Shown here: one piece after another, positions 1-13,050 of the stretch
Numbering within the stretch: the stretch's first letter is position 1
Layout: every line of letters starts with the position of its first letter
DNA from: Chlorokybus atmophyticus
Lineage: Eukaryota; Plantae; Mesostigma and Chlorokybus algae
NCBI GenBank assembly: GCA_009103225.1
Contig: RHPI01001507.1
Location: forward strand, 354,805 to 418,804
DNA length: 64,000 nt
Reading direction: 5' to 3'
Program-made: the position numbers and the translations under genes
The notes under the pieces: generated by a model
What the model saw: only the letters and a program-made list of their open reading frames with translations
Told to the model about the DNA's origin: nothing
Databases searched by the model: none

Positions 1-69
1 AGCTGCGGCTCCTGCACCGCCCGCTCCAGCTCCGCCGCCGCCGTTCCTTCTCCACCGCCGCTGCCGCCG

Positions 70-106
70 CCTGGCCTGGTCTGGCCTAGCCTGGCCTGGC
101 CTGGCC
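70..106. repeat. (CCTGG)n pentanucleotide tandem repeat
   Basis: CCTGG CCTGG TCTGG CCTAG CCTGG CCTGG CCTGG; both variant units are C-to-T changes, one on each strand. Confidence 0.9.
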
Positions 107-349
107 GCTCTAAGGCAAGGAGGGTGGTCAGATGGCATGCGGTGTTGCGCGTAGTACAACGCCAGACAGCAACCAAGCTCACCTACTGTTAGCCGTTGCC
201 GCCGCCGTTGCCGCCGCCGCCGCCGCCCACAACGCTTGGTTCAACTTGAAGCCGTTGAGCGTTTGAATAACTTGAGCAGCCCAAGTTATTCAAATGCGTT
301 GTCGAAACGTGACTCGCAACGGCATTATCGTATTATTATAATGGCACGA

Positions 350-490
350 AAGTACCGTTGTCGCAATGGCACTATCGTACCATTAGTATACTAGTGGTAC
401 GATAGTGCCATTGCGACAATGGCATTGGTCGTACCATTGACATAGTACGTCGGCTGCATTGTACCAGCGTCTCGACTTGCCGGCCGGTAC
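350..490. promoter_or_regulatory. GTAC-motif cluster with a 62-bp near-perfect palindrome (358-419)
   Basis: TTGTCGCAATGGCACTATCGTACCATTAGTA|TACTAGTGGTACGATAGTGCCATTGCGACAA (1 mismatch); seven GTAC cores in ~140 bp. A regulatory role is inferred. Confidence 0.55.
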
Positions 491-1008
491 CACCGTCCCA
501 ACTTGCCGACCTTTTGGGACCGGCGGTCACTTGCTTATCATACTTGACACACAATAAGTAGGTCGCCGCCGCGTTAAGTGCACGACCGGCGATCGGCCGT
601 CACTTAATAAATGCGGTAAGGTCACCTGATAGGGACTAACGGTGACTGGCTTGCCAAAGTAGGCAGGCCGTCGCGCATACTTTTCGATGGTCAGGGTACG
701 ATCGACGGTCAGCCGTCATTGTATGTGACCAAATCGTGACTTATCTGCTATACAGAAGGTCGCCATCGCGCAACTGGGACGACCGACAATCGGCCGTTAC
801 CTTAAGGTGCGATGTTGCCGTCACAGGCAGGCCGCCGTCGATTGTACTTATCGGTCGACCGCTTGCCGTTGGTATATGTTGCTTGATAGTCTGGCCGTCC
901 TAAAAAGTCCCTTTATGGACCAATCCGTTACGTCATGTAGGGTCAGGCAGGGTTAGGCACCCGTCAGTCCCTCAGTCCCTTGTCAGTCACCGTGTAAAAT
1001 TTGCGACA

Positions 1009-1330
1009 GTGTCGCGCTGGCAACTGGCGAATAGACGATGTTGAGTGGGCAGCGCCAACAGTCCCAACTTGTGGGCAAGCAGCAACATGGCTTGGGGGGC
1101 AGGAGCAGCAGCTCATCCCCCTTATTAATTTTGTCACTAGCATCCTCGGGAGTTGTCGTGCCACATGCAAAGCGCATTTGCGCCGCGAATGTGCACTGTA
1201 CCTGCAACCCATCGAGTTGTGAGGTGTGCTGACTTCGCAGTAAAAATCAATTGCTGCGCCAAATCAAGGGCCTTGCCTAGACAAAGTTTTGCAGAAGCGG
1301 GGTGCAATGGCTGTGGCAGCTTACGAAGAG
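1009..1330 (-). pseudogene. 5' fragment of mTERF-like gene family member (copy 4), truncated by the transposon end
   Basis: Inverted nucleotide homolog of ~3220-3520; ORF 983-1207 QCTFAAQMRFACGTTTPEDA matches QCTFAVQLRFAGSATTPEHA of 3157-3459. Confidence 0.65.
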
Positions 1331-3156
1331 CGCGCAAGGGAAAACATCATGCATCCCCTGGGCAGTCAACTTATCTAGTCAAATGCACGGACTTGAATAA
1401 GATTCAGAAGAGTTGCAAATTAAAGGAGAGCTGTTTTGCTGACTGCTCTTGGGAAACAGCAATGTGCTGAACATGCATGTTGTCGCCATGTTGACGGTGG
1501 TGTGCAGTGGTTTACAGCAAATGCAACCACTTGCAATGGCCACAAGCGCGTGTGCACACACACACTCACATACACAGTAGGCACCACGCAGTTCATTGTT
1601 GGTGAAACAAAGTCGTTGCCGACGATTCAACAAGCTGCAAAGCTGGCACTGTGGACTTGAGCTTGGCAGGCAGCCGGTGCAACAAACCACGATGATGGTG
1701 CTATCGTGAGTCCCGACATACCAACTATCGCAAGGATTTCAGTCAACTCGGGTGGTTAACAAGCACTCATATGCTTCGTTGTGCACACATTCCCTAAATC
1801 GCATGGCATGTCAACATGTGCGCTGGTCCCTAGGGTAAGCTTGGCCACAGCAGTTGCTGCAATGCTGCACAAATGGCAACGGCCTTACGGTCAACACTGC
1901 GCTCGTCAGCTCATCCACAGAAGCCCGGGTGATGCTGCAAGAAGCTGAGGCATGCAGCCGAAAAGTGAGTGCGACAAAGCTGCAACACCTAACTTTAGCA
2001 GGTAAGGCACGAGTGCACTGCCAGGACAATACTCAAGGTTGGATCACAATGCATGCGGTTTGAAAGAGCTGCATTTCAAGCAAAAAGTGCTAGGTTAACG
2101 CTTGTTTGCCACATGACAAGCTTTATGTGTAATGTACTTAGCTCGACAATAAACAATGCATGCCTGCAGTGGACAAGCACACGCAACACGTCAGCTTCAG
2201 CTATATACGGCTTCACGACGTACCGTTTGCACAACACCGAAGCAGGTTCACTGGCGCTGTCGCTCCAGCTGGCACCAAGAGTCCATGCAAGCTGCTGCCA
2301 CCGTCGCTAGTGATGAGCTGCAGTACGCGGGATGCATGCATGTCTGCCTCGGGGCATGCGACGGCGCCACTCGGTCTGAACAAAACACGACAACAGCAAC
2401 CACACCCGCCACAGCACTAGCACCGCCGCCCCGGCCCGCAGCTTAGGCAAGCGTCAAGCTTGTCTTTGTCGTCAACCTTGCCATCGTGCATGCCATGAGC
2501 GGCGGGGGCGGCGACGTAGGCGGCGTAGCGGCGACAGTCTCTCGGTAGGGGCGGTGGCATCGCCCCTACCGAGTGCAAGGGCGTCGGTGGCATGCTCTGC
2601 GAGGCCAGCGACGGGCGGGTAGCTTTGGTGCATGAGCTGAAGTGTCAATTACAGCTGTCGCTCTTGCAGGTGGACTGTGCAAGTCTTGCCCGTGCGTTCC
2701 GTAGCAAGCATTGTGAACAAAGCTACCGTGGCTCAGCTGGTCAGCCCAGCTGCTCGCTGTATGTCACTGTCTCAGAGCTGTGTAAAACCTACGAACAACT
2801 GCCGTATCCAAGTTCATAATAGGCCACATTTTTTTTTTTAACTTCCCATGCCATCAGCTTAGGTGTTCACAACAAAACCAATTTGTTGTCCCGTGAGCTG
2901 GTGTCTCCGGTGATAACTGAGGCATTCGCAGTAATCTGGTCGGTACTAGCAACACAACCATTATCGCTACCTGTCAAGCTTAAAAGCAACAACGGCAGCT
3001 TTGCAGCTTGAGTGCTTTAATAGTAGCAACCTATGTTCGACTCAACACTGGACGGCATGCTGACTAGCGCGTATGTACACAAATGTGTGCATGCACGCGT
3101 GTGGCCATGTTTTCAAGTGGTTGCAGTTTGCTGCAAACCAATGCGCACTGATGTAG

Positions 3157-4430
3157 GTGCAGATGACGATGTGTCACAGTGCTTATATGATGGTCTCCCT
3201 GGTTCGTGCCACAAGAGCTGCCACAGCCACAGCCATTGCACCCGGCTTTTACAACTCCTTGTATAGGCAAGGCCCAGCTCGGTTTGCCGCAGTTGATCTC
3301 ACCTGCCAAGTCAGCGCACCTCACAACTCCATTGGTACCAGGCAGGTTCAGTGCACTTTTGCGGTACAACTGCGCTTTGCGGGCAGCGCAACAACTCCTG
3401 AGCATGCTGTTGACAAAAGCAACAAGGTGAGCTGCTGCTCCTCCGCCAAGCCCTGCTGATGCTTGCTCAAGTCGGAGCTGTTGGCGCTGCCCACTGAACA
3501 ATATCTGTTTGCCAGCTGTTGAAAAGACGCAGAGGCAGGCCCTCATTGCCCCCATGGTCGGAAGCTGAGCAGCAAGCTGTACGCCGGTTTTTGGAGGGGT
3601 TATCTGTTGCTCCGCAACGAGTGGCATCGCTCATCACGCGAGGCAAGACCAAGTCACTTGTCCGCAATTTCAAGAGTTGGAGCGACGAATTTAGGAAGTA
3701 CGCTGTGCCGAATGTCTTAATCTTGGTTCACGGGTGCTTGTGGTTACAGTGTTGCATTGCAGATGCGGAAGCTGATTCCTGGAGTGCAACTGACAGCAGT
3801 GACAGAGTATAAGTTATTAGCGCGCGTTCCCGAGACTCTTGCACGCAAACATTCAAGGCTCAAGGCGCTCTTCAGCATCAGTGAAAGGGATCTTTGCACT
3901 ATGCTGCGCAGAGATCCCGAGATGCTCTTTTACATGCCGGAGATTGTGGCCGAGAGACTTGCTGCCTGGCAGACGCTCTTGGCAATTGATCATGCACAAA
4001 TGGTCGGGCTGCTGCAACGATTCCCGATGTTAGTCTGCCATAACAATGCTTACGTGCGCAGCAAGCTTCAGATGTTTCTAGACGCCTTTGAGTCTCACAA
4101 GCTGGGCAATAGGCACCTTGCCAAGCAGCTATTCAAGTACCATCCAGGAGTGGTTATCCGGACGTCATGTGAGCGCTTGCAAAAACGCTGCAAGCGACTA
4201 GCTACTGAGTTTTTGGCGGAGCAAAGTACGTGGTCAGTGCTGCGACATGGCCGCTGGCATTAACACGCATCGACAACGTGCTCAATCGTTTGCTGTTCTG
4301 CAGGCAGCATGGGATACACATGGCAGCCTCGTCAGCCCTAGTCTACTCTGCAGCCTCCTGGCAGAGAAGGTTTCCAAGTTCACTTGCTGGCAACAAGAGC
4401 TTGCAGAGGCACGCGCCTAGCAGACAGTGA
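3157..4430 (+). pseudogene. mTERF-like helical-repeat protein gene (copy 1), disrupted
   Basis: Ala/Arg/Thr-rich N-terminus resembling a transit peptide; intron ending GTGGTTACAG at ~3750; mTERF-like repeats (RRDPEMLFYMPEIVAERL, QRFPMLVCHN, KYHPGVV). A 2-nt frameshift near 4240 relative to the paralog at 37663-38427. Confidence 0.55.
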
Positions 4431-4903
4431 TTTCACGCCAACATCAGAGACGGTATGAAGAGTGTTGTCTCAGTGGTTGAGAAGGCGTGAGTGCTGTTGG
4501 TAGCTCGGCACTAGCAAGACAGCGGTAGGTCGACAGCTGCTGGCGTAGGTTGGGGCCGCAGCATGGAGGAATGGAATGCGGCAGCCATGCGGGCTGCCGC
4601 ATTCCTGTGCGGTGTGCGTGGCTCCTGTCTGCTCCTGTGGTGGCTGGTTAGCCTGACGTGACGAATGAGCCCTGTCTTCCAAAGGTACGCTTCTTCCTTG
4701 GGCCCACTTGCCTACCGTCTGGCTGAGATGCCTTGTTGTCGCAGAAGCACAGACTCCGTAGACCATTGCACACTGCATGCAGCTTCTATTGCACCTGTAT
4801 TGGTATGTGTCTTATGACATGCAACGTGAGGATCTGTTGCTCTGCTCGCCTGTCAGTCAGTGCCACATGCGCCTATGTGTGCAGTAGATGTTAAGCCTAA
4901 CGG

Positions 4904-5960
4904 TTGGTTCGGGTGGGAACACAATGGCCTAACTTCCTGCCATGTCGTACTGCATGCTCAGGAAGTTTACACCTGCCGTGTGTCCAGCCATGGCTCGGGC
5001 GCTGTGTACTCAACTGGCGCTGGCGCTGTCATTGGTGCTGCTTATTGCATGTGTGCCCTCACTGCGGAGGACTGTTACCGCTTTTTGCGTAAAGAATGGC
5101 GACAACAAGGGAAAGTGAGTAAATCTGTGTGCGCGCGTGCATGCATGTGTCACACCACACCTGGCTTGCGGTAAGCTCATGCTTTGGTTTGCTTCTTTCT
5201 TTCCCAACCATAGGTGTGACAACTGTTTCTCCCACTTGGTCAACACGCCGCCCCTGACCCGGTGTTTGGGCAGGCAAGCGTGTTTGGATTGTACATCAAC
5301 AGCAATGCGCCGTGCAATTTCGCTTGTGTTGTTGCCATCCTTTGCCAGTCGACCTCCCCAACATTAACCCTGCCTTCAGCTTGGTGGCATGGTTCTAGAC
5401 GGACCTGTACAGTATGTGTGAAGACTGTGGCGAGACCACACACTGTGTCGTCAGCAACACAACTCTACTTGCGGACACTGGCAATGACGTGTGCAGCCTT
5501 TCCCACACGACAGCTTGCTGTTGGCTTTAACGCAGCCTCAGCCATCATGGTGACCTGGTTCAAGGTGCGTTTGCGTGGGCTGCATTTGCACGTGCTTGCA
5601 TGTGTGGGTTTATCTGCAGCGGTGCAGAGGGTGTGTGCAAGTGCGTAGTGAAAGTATGCTGCTGGTGCGTATACACTGATCTTGGTTCACTGCTACGCAG
5701 ATGCAGAAGTTCCTAGTCTTCACATGGCAAAGCCAACCAGGCTTGAGTTGTTGGTGCATCCTCCGCAAGTCTTGCGATAGAGCCACTGGAGTTGGGAAGC
5801 ATACTACTAAAACAAGCGTCATTGACAAAGAGCTGCTTGTTGCGCCAAGCTCGCGACTGCTGCGCATGCCAGCAGCATCGTCAGCCATAGGAGGCCACGC
5901 AACTGGGTACAGACGGGGACAACGAGGACGAGGACGATGATGAGGTGCATTGTGCTGCAT
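4904..5960 (+). CDS. Multi-exon Cys-rich protein of unknown function (gene B, copy 1); approximate bounds
   Basis: Segments CHWCCLLHV, RCDNCFSHL...CLDCTSTA and VTWFK|intron are conserved with paralogs at 19700-21054 and 41640-42070, including splice-like sites (CCATAG|GTGTGAC). Confidence 0.45.
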
Positions 5961-6589
5961 TGGTGTTGACGTGTACTCAGCTTAGTGTATGTATATAACC
6001 GGTTCAACGCACACCTGTAGTCCACTGTCGCACAACAATGCAGGATTGCACAATCGCACAATGCAGCTATATAATCTATCTTTAACTAACAGCAAAATCG
6101 TTACACCAAGCTATGCACTGTCATCCCTGCCTATCATTGCACAAGCATACTCACACGCATGTCAGCGGCATGCAAGCACGCCTACACAACTACACTGCCG
6201 CAGCTGCCAGCACAGCGTCCGCTTCCGCCATTGGCGCCGCATATATAATAGCGAGACGCACGGTTATGCCGTGAGTATTGCACATGTATTGTTGCATGAG
6301 ACTGAGTCACGTGCACTCTACAATGTTGTCGTTAAGCCCTTCAAGTTAGAGGCTCAAGCAAGAATGACGCATGCGGCATGCAAGCTGGTTCTACAACTCA
6401 TGTGCAAAGGCAGCATGCAGAAGATTGTTGCTTCACAAGCTCCCCTTTCACATACGTTCAACAACCCTCATTCTGGTCACCGGGATCCCCTTACACGCCT
6501 GCAGCTGCTGACTTAGTAGTGACGGCGCGGAGGTGGGCCTTGTGATGCCGCGGCGGCGGCGGGGGATGTTTTGGAGAAGGTGACGGCTT

Positions 6590-6872
6590 GTGTTGAAGGG
6601 GAGGGGGCTTATGGGGAGGGGNNNNNNNNNNNNNNNNNNNNNNNNNNNNNNNNNNNNNNNNNNNNNNNNNNNNNNNNNNNNNNNNNNNNNNNNNNNNNNN
6701 NNNNNNNNNNNNNNNNNNNNNNNNNNNNNNNNNNNNNNNNNNGGTGAGGCGGAGGGGGCTTGTGATGGGAGGGAGGGGGCCTGTGGTGAGGGGGAGGGGG
6801 CTTGTGAGGTACGGGCCTGGGGGTGGGGGGAGGGGGCCTGCGGTGAGGCGGAGGGGGCTTGTGATGGGAGGG
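6590..6872. repeat. G-rich 21-bp minisatellite spanning an assembly gap (6622-6742)
   Basis: Units GAGGGGGCTTGTGATGGGAGG / GAGGGGGCCTGCGGTGAGGCG; the minus strand reads QAPSxSP heptad repeats. Confidence 0.85.
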
Positions 6873-7092
6873 AGACGGTTATACTTTGTACTGTATAGAT
6901 AGCATCCAATCGGTCTTGCTGATTTATCAGGCGACGCCGCTAGGCTGCGTCAGTGATGCGATGCAAGCCCCGCGGCTCAGGTTCTTTTCCAACCAAAACG
7001 GCTGTGACCTTTTCTGCTGTGGTCACGCATGGTGAGTAGCGCCCATTGGCTGGTCATGGGGAATGCCACAGGCCGAGCCTGCTGCACATTAA

Positions 7093-7135
7093 GTGCAGCA
7101 GTCGCTGTCACTATCAGTGATAGCGACTGCTGCAC
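7093..7135. other. 20-bp-stem hairpin/palindrome
   Basis: GTGCAGCAGTCGCTGTCACT-ATC-AGTGATAGCGACTGCTGCAC, one G.T mismatch. Confidence 0.85.
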
Positions 7136-7545
7136 CCCAAGTCAACAGTGCCGACGTTGAGCAGGTGAGCATGAGGCACATGTAACTGACCACACATGTA
7201 ACTGCTGACCAGAAGCTGGCTCAAGGGCGATGTGACAGCGGCCTCCGCCACCACGCACAGTCTCACATATACACATGTTCAAGCATGCATGAACAGCCTG
7301 CCCATTGGCTGAACAGCGCAATGGGCATTACCGCTCGGTTCCTCAGCAACAATAGCTGCTGAGGAGCTGAGCACGTTCACATGCAGCACTAGAAGTGTGG
7401 CGTGCTTGGAAGACCGCACTAGATCTTACCTCCCTGCCGCCCAGGGCTGGCTCAACGGCGATGTGACAGCTGCCTCCACCGCCGCAAAGAAAGGGCCAGC
7501 CTGCTGAGCTGGTCCTGGCCGCTTCGCAGCCGCCAAAGGCCAGCC

Positions 7546-9905
7546 ATGTACGACCTCCCTCTCCATAACCTCCAGCAGGGCGACCTTGTCGCCCTTGTTG
7601 TTGTCCACAGCGCCCCTGGCGCTGTCGTTTGTTGCTCTGAGCGTTGTTTGAGGGAGGAGGAGGGGCGGCATGCAGCAGCCCGGCCAGCTGGAGGCAACCC
7701 GTGGTGGCCGTACGAGTGTCCTAACGCATGGGCGAACACCTGGCTGCTGCCACCATCTAAAGGGTTTGAGCTGCGGCGCATTGGTGCCACAGCGCGAGCG
7801 GTGGATTTGCAAGCTTTGGGGCAGCGGCTGGGCGTCGGCGTGATTGAGGACAACGCGTATTGCGTGGACATCTTGCGTCAAGTGAACACACAGGCAGGCC
7901 ATGGGTGTCCCTTGCATGACCGTTTGATTGTTGCTTTGGGCCCGCTGCAGGGGGAACCCCTTGTACATGTTGCCTTGGAGACGTCGGAGTCCCCAGTCCC
8001 AATGCCGCTTGACTACCTGGTGCAGCAACGCAGCGCCAACAACACAGGGTGGTGGGACGCTTTTGACAACGTGGTCTCTCCGCGGCGCATGCGCAAACAC
8101 TTGAGAGAAGGACACCCCTCGCGCTAACAGGGAGACAGTATTTGAGGGACGCATCTTGTGGAGACGAGAGACACGGCCCGCACATGGCAGGTTCCCTGGA
8201 CTCTTCTAGGGCGCAAATGGTCCCCGCTGAGGAGCCGTACCTACCCCCGCTCCCCCCTGCGCAGGCGGTCGCGCAGCCCCACCCGCCGCAGCCCGTGCCC
8301 TACCCGTACCAGCGTTGGAGCCCTGGTCGGGGTCGCAGCAAGAGCCGCAGCCCCCTGCGCCGATGGCAACATCCCTCGCCAATCAGGCGCAGCTGAAGCC
8401 CCCCGGTGCGAAGATCGCATCACCCCCCATCTCCGCGGCTGCAGGCGGAGCAGCCAGGAGCGCCTCTCCTGCCTCAGCAGGCACCAGTTCCGTCCATGCT
8501 AGCACTGAACGTCTCTCAGCTCCCCTCCCGCCAGCTCTGGCGGTGCCTCCTCCGCCCACTTTCGTCACGCCATCGCTAGGCGTCGCACCAGGCGTGCCTT
8601 GCGACGCTGGCGGTAGCGTGCCAGCGCCGCTGCCGCCTTCGACAACCTCGCGGCCACCCTCTATGCCGAGTTTGGGCTACTTGCATACTTAGAATCCTCA
8701 TGCAGCGAATGATGTGGCTGCGTAGCTAGCAGCGGGTGACTTGCAGGCGCTGCTAGGACGCATAGTGTGTGCGAAGCCAAGCGTGGGACAACAGACACTC
8801 GCGCGCGTAGAGGGCGTGATCGATGCTGCCGCCGGCCTCGTTCTTGTGCGCACGCTACCCGCCAACCAGCCCCTGCAGGTCTCGGCCTCTGTCCTAACTT
8901 TGGTGAGTGCCAACCCCTCTAAAATCGCACCACCACTAGCGGCGCAGTCGGCCCCTTTTATACCTCACCCCACCGTGCCTCCAGCTGTGGGAGCTAACCC
9001 CTCTACAATCGCACCCCCCGCTGACGACACAGCTAGCCCCATGCACACCTCACCCCAGAGTGCCTTCAGCTGCAACGCCTGGGCGCGTTCGTTCGCGGAG
9101 GCAAAGGGCATGAAGCTGGCAGCTGATGGCGTACATGTCACCCACTTCACGCGCACCTCGCACTTTGTGCGTGTCTGCAACAACATTGTTAACCGCTTCA
9201 CGGGAGATGCGGCGCACAAGGGATTGTTGCAGCAACTACACAAATCGAAGATGATAACGGACACGCAGTATCCGCTCATGGCGGCGTACGTACATGCGCT
9301 GCTTAACATGTGTTTGTACAAAGCGTTTGGGGACATTCATGCTTCATTGTTTGGGGAGGACTGCGTTCGGGCCCTTGAGGCGAGTAACTTGGACCTGTCC
9401 ATGGACTACACGGAGGCGTGCCTCATCACCGAGCTGCTGGACTTCTACACGGAGGTGCGGAAGGAGGCAGCCACTCAGCTTGGACAATATCAATACATGA
9501 AGGTACGCGAGTTTATTGCAGGGTATGCCTTTGTGTCGCGCCTCTCCATTCCTTTCTTTGAAATTCTACTTCAAGCACTGCCTCGAGCAGCTGCACACCA
9601 CTCATGAGCCTGCAAGCCTCTTTTTGCTGCCCTCCGGGCAAAGCCGAGGAGAGCTTGTCGCCGTCCAGGCATGGCCTGTGACGTGCTCTGCATGGCCATG
9701 CTCAATGTTTATGCACCGGCGCAGGTGTTTCCAAACCAACTTGCCAAAGCCGCTCCCCAATGGTGGAGACAAGGCCAAAGGAGCTGCACCTGCAAGCGGC
9801 GTGAACAATGCCACCAACAATGGCAGCAACTATAACCACATTAGCAAGCAAGCCACTGCCGGCAACAACAGAGGGTGGCGTAGGTACCAAGACAGGAAGG
9901 CGTGA
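7546..9905 (+). pseudogene. DIRS ORF1/gag-like region, frameshifted (globular N-terminus, RS-rich and Pro-rich linker, helical gag-like 8741-9607)
   Basis: Consecutive same-strand ORFs 7546-8127, 8158-8502, 8315-8692, 8741-9607 and 9516-9905 directly upstream of the RT. Confidence 0.5.
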
Positions 9906-9998
9906 GTAGCATAGGATAGAACTCCTTGTGTATAACCCCGTGTGCAATGAATTTTATTTTGTTGTGTCTTATACCATATGATTGCTTGAGATTGGTGC

Positions 9999-11362
9999 AT
10001 GAATCGTATGTTTGCGCCCTTGGTTACTATTGTGTCTCATTCCAGCGTGCACGAGCCAGTCGCAAGTGCTGCGCTACCATCAGCGGCTGATTCACCTGGC
10101 GGTGCCTCCGCGGAATGCTGCATGGTCACCAGCACACGCTTCTCACTTTCCTCTCAAGCACACAGAAGCACGCAGTCAATGCGCACCCAGCAGCTCGCAA
10201 GTGCAACCGCACGCGTGCGCAGTGTTGATTTGCTGGCCCCGCACAGCACCCAAGATGAGCACGAGGACGAAGCAGCCTTTGAAGCGGCGTGCCATCAGTC
10301 AGATACGCAGCCTCATGCACAACACAACGCAGCATCTTGGCAACCAGCACGCGTGTGGCCTACGCCGCGGCAGCACCAGCCGTGGTCGGAGGAGCTGTAG
10401 GCGGCGACTGTGCAAGCAGTGCTGGACAAGCTCGAGAGAGTGGGGGATGAGCCCGAGCTGCCTCTATGTTCGGAGGACAGCTGGCGAGTACAGCTCAGCG
10501 CTTTCATGCACGATGCCGGTAACTTCGTAGCTGGAGGGCCGCGAGCGCATTTGCATGCATGGCAGCTCTGGCTGCGCGCTACCAAGCACCCAATGGCGTC
10601 GCGAGTGCTGAGCTGGCTCAGCTCTGGCTACCCCTTGCATTTTCAAGGGACTGCAACAGCTCCGAAGCAGAAGTTACGACAGGTGCAGTTGCTGCTGCGC
10701 TCAGAAGGTTGGCCGCATGCTTGCATCCGTGCTGCCCTGCGCGCATCAGCACCTCCGCCTATTGTTGCGCAATCGTGCCTCGTTGCAAGAGCACAAGGAG
10801 TGTGGAGGAGCTTACCACACTGGTGCGCATGGGGGCTATCACCCCGGTGCCAACCGATGCAGCAAAGCAGGTGATCTCGGGCATGGGAGTGGTAGTTACG
10901 AGCAAGAAACGTTTGGTGGTGGATGTTCACTACATCAACCGCTTCCTCGCACACAGACCTTTCCACCACAAGCGCTTAACGGACGTGTTACACTACACCC
11001 AAGTAGGAGCATGGCAAGCAAGCTTTGACTTAAAATGCCAATACCACCACATTCCCATCCGCGCACGTGACACCAATTACTTGTGCGTGGCCTTTAAAGG
11101 TCAGGTGTTCAGATGGAACGTGCTCCCCTTTGGACTGAATCAAGCATGCTATGCATTTACAGTGGTGCAGCTTGTCATCTCCAAGCCATTACGAAGTGCG
11201 GGCATTGGCACCCTCAGCTACATAGATGACATGCACATGGCGCATCGCAACAAAGGGCATTTACTATGGCGTATTGAGCTGATCATGCAGCTCTGTGCGA
11301 CACTGCACGAGTTCTTTGGACTGGATGGATTCCTAACTGATCAGCTACGCGCGTTCCTGTAG
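9999..11362 (+). pseudogene. DIRS reverse transcriptase, disrupted
   Basis: In-frame TAG at 10398-10400 joins ORFs 9999 and 10410; a frameshift near 10790 leads into the YIDD-containing frame (10559-11362). Confidence 0.8.
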
Positions 11363-13002
11363 AGAGGTCTATAGAGTAGCCCTAGCTACATGCTACGTGG
11401 AGTATGAAGTAGCTAGCGGACTGTGGCGCGCGCGGTCTTCATGCTGGTAGCCCGGGCTTGGGGCTGGATGTAGGCATGCTCGAGGAGGACTGGCATGCGA
11501 GGGTATTTGGCATGACAGCACAGGCTGATTTTTTCATCCTTGAACACATCAACATGGGCAGCAAACTGGTTGCCTAAGCAACTCTGCGCATTTGACACTG
11601 ATCAATCCTGTACTTACTGGTAGACAGTGTCTTGTGTAGCTGCTGGGTCGTTATACACTATGTGCATAAGAATTGAACTTCATGAGCACGTGTGCCAGGT
11701 GCTACACACCATGACTATACGGAATCCTCACCTAGTCCTTATTATTTACCATACAGGTAAGCAATTGAGAGTGATTTAAGCTGGTCCTTTTGATGTGACA
11801 TTGGGCATGTGTGTGAGCATGCGCCAACATGTTAACATGTAACCTTGCATACGAATATGACACATTGAACTTATGTAAACACCCCTCTCAAGGCCTCACG
11901 CACTCGGGCATACCGCACATAATACAACGCAAAGCTCAATTGATGATGTGCGCATGCTGGTCGCGCCGGCCTACGTCATGGTCAGCGCTGCATCCGACTT
12001 AGGCGTCAAAGGCTCCATTGCTAGCGGTGCTGCACAGATTGCCGTGACCGCCGCCGCCCCTGTCTCCATAAATGCCAGAGCTTGCAATTATCAAGAATAT
12101 AAAACCATGATTAGCACAGGTGGTGCGCCTATGATGATGGTTTATAAATGGTGAGCAGGGACTGAAAGTTTGCATGTTATCTGTGGCACCACGTCGTGGC
12201 ACCGCATGTATGTAGCAAAGCAACCATAGTTTTGTGGTGCCGAGAATTTAACCTATTCCTTGACAAAAACTCTTATTTGTTTTGCTTTGCTTCGTATGCC
12301 GCCCCACATCTTGTTCCAACTATTTCATCAATTGCGCACGAAGTGCGCGATTGTCTGCGGAATCTTGCTATAATGGGTGCATTTCAGTGATCAACTGGCG
12401 CTCAAAGCGCATGGTTTCACCGCGTCGTGTATGTAGCAATTTGTCAAAGTACTACTGCTCTTTAATACAAGTTACGTCCATGAGCATTGTTGAATTTAAT
12501 TTTTTTATATGTAAAGTACTGGTCACTACGGTAATGGCCATTGCCGACTATGCTAATAACCCGTTCAATTTTGTATGCACGACCAATACTCATACTTGTA
12601 GCAGCCGAGTAGTAAAGCAGTATCATCGTGATCTCCATGATGGCATCCCACTTATTGCATAAGTATGCAACATTAAGTCGTGTTCGTGACCTTTTACGCA
12701 TTATGAGTTGCGGGATGACTGCTTGTGCATTGATCTGGCAGTCTCAACGTATATATGGGCATGGGCAATGCCTGCAGCCGTATTGTTACTGTTATAACAT
12801 GTGCGGCACAGTATAAGCTCGTAGCGCACTATGGCAGCTGGGGGCTAGTTAAGCATGCTAGTCTTGTGGTGCGAGTCAAGGGCTAACCTGTCTCCTTCTC
12901 CCTCTACTAGAAGCGCTCCTCTCCCGCCTGCGCAGGCGGCTGCGCCGCTGCTGCTACTACAGTCTAGGTCGTTACAAGTACACACTTGTCTCCGTGATAC
13001 TG

Positions 13003-13050
13003 ATAATATAACATAATATATATACATATATATATATATATATAAATTAT
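13003..13050. repeat. (TA)n microsatellite
   Basis: ...ATAATATATATACATATATATATATATATAAATTAT... Confidence 0.9.

Larger units (their letters stand above)
1..1008. mobile_element. Terminal part of a Plavaka/CMC-type DNA transposon (continues left of the window); TIR at ~941-1008
   Basis: Reverse complement of 941-1008 (TGTCGCAAATTTTACACGGTGACTGAC...) matches 43691-43758 at 61/68 nt. Homology of the adjacent mTERF-like fragment stops abruptly at 1009. Degenerate GCCGTC/GTCAC subterminal motifs occur in 450-960. Confidence 0.7.
7546..11362 (+). mobile_element. Decayed, 3'-truncated DIRS-type (tyrosine-recombinase class) retrotransposon
   Basis: DIRS-style pre-RT motif FVAGGPRAHLHAWQ...VLSWLSSGYPLHF and RT motifs KKRLVVD, FDLKCQYHHIPI, VLPFGL, SYIDD. 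No recognisable RNase H or recombinase downstream. Ends not defined. Confidence 0.75.

Noticed and set aside
7426-8154. 242-aa minus-strand ORF
   Set aside because: Antisense shadow of the DIRS ORF1 region in GC-rich DNA; no recognisable motif.
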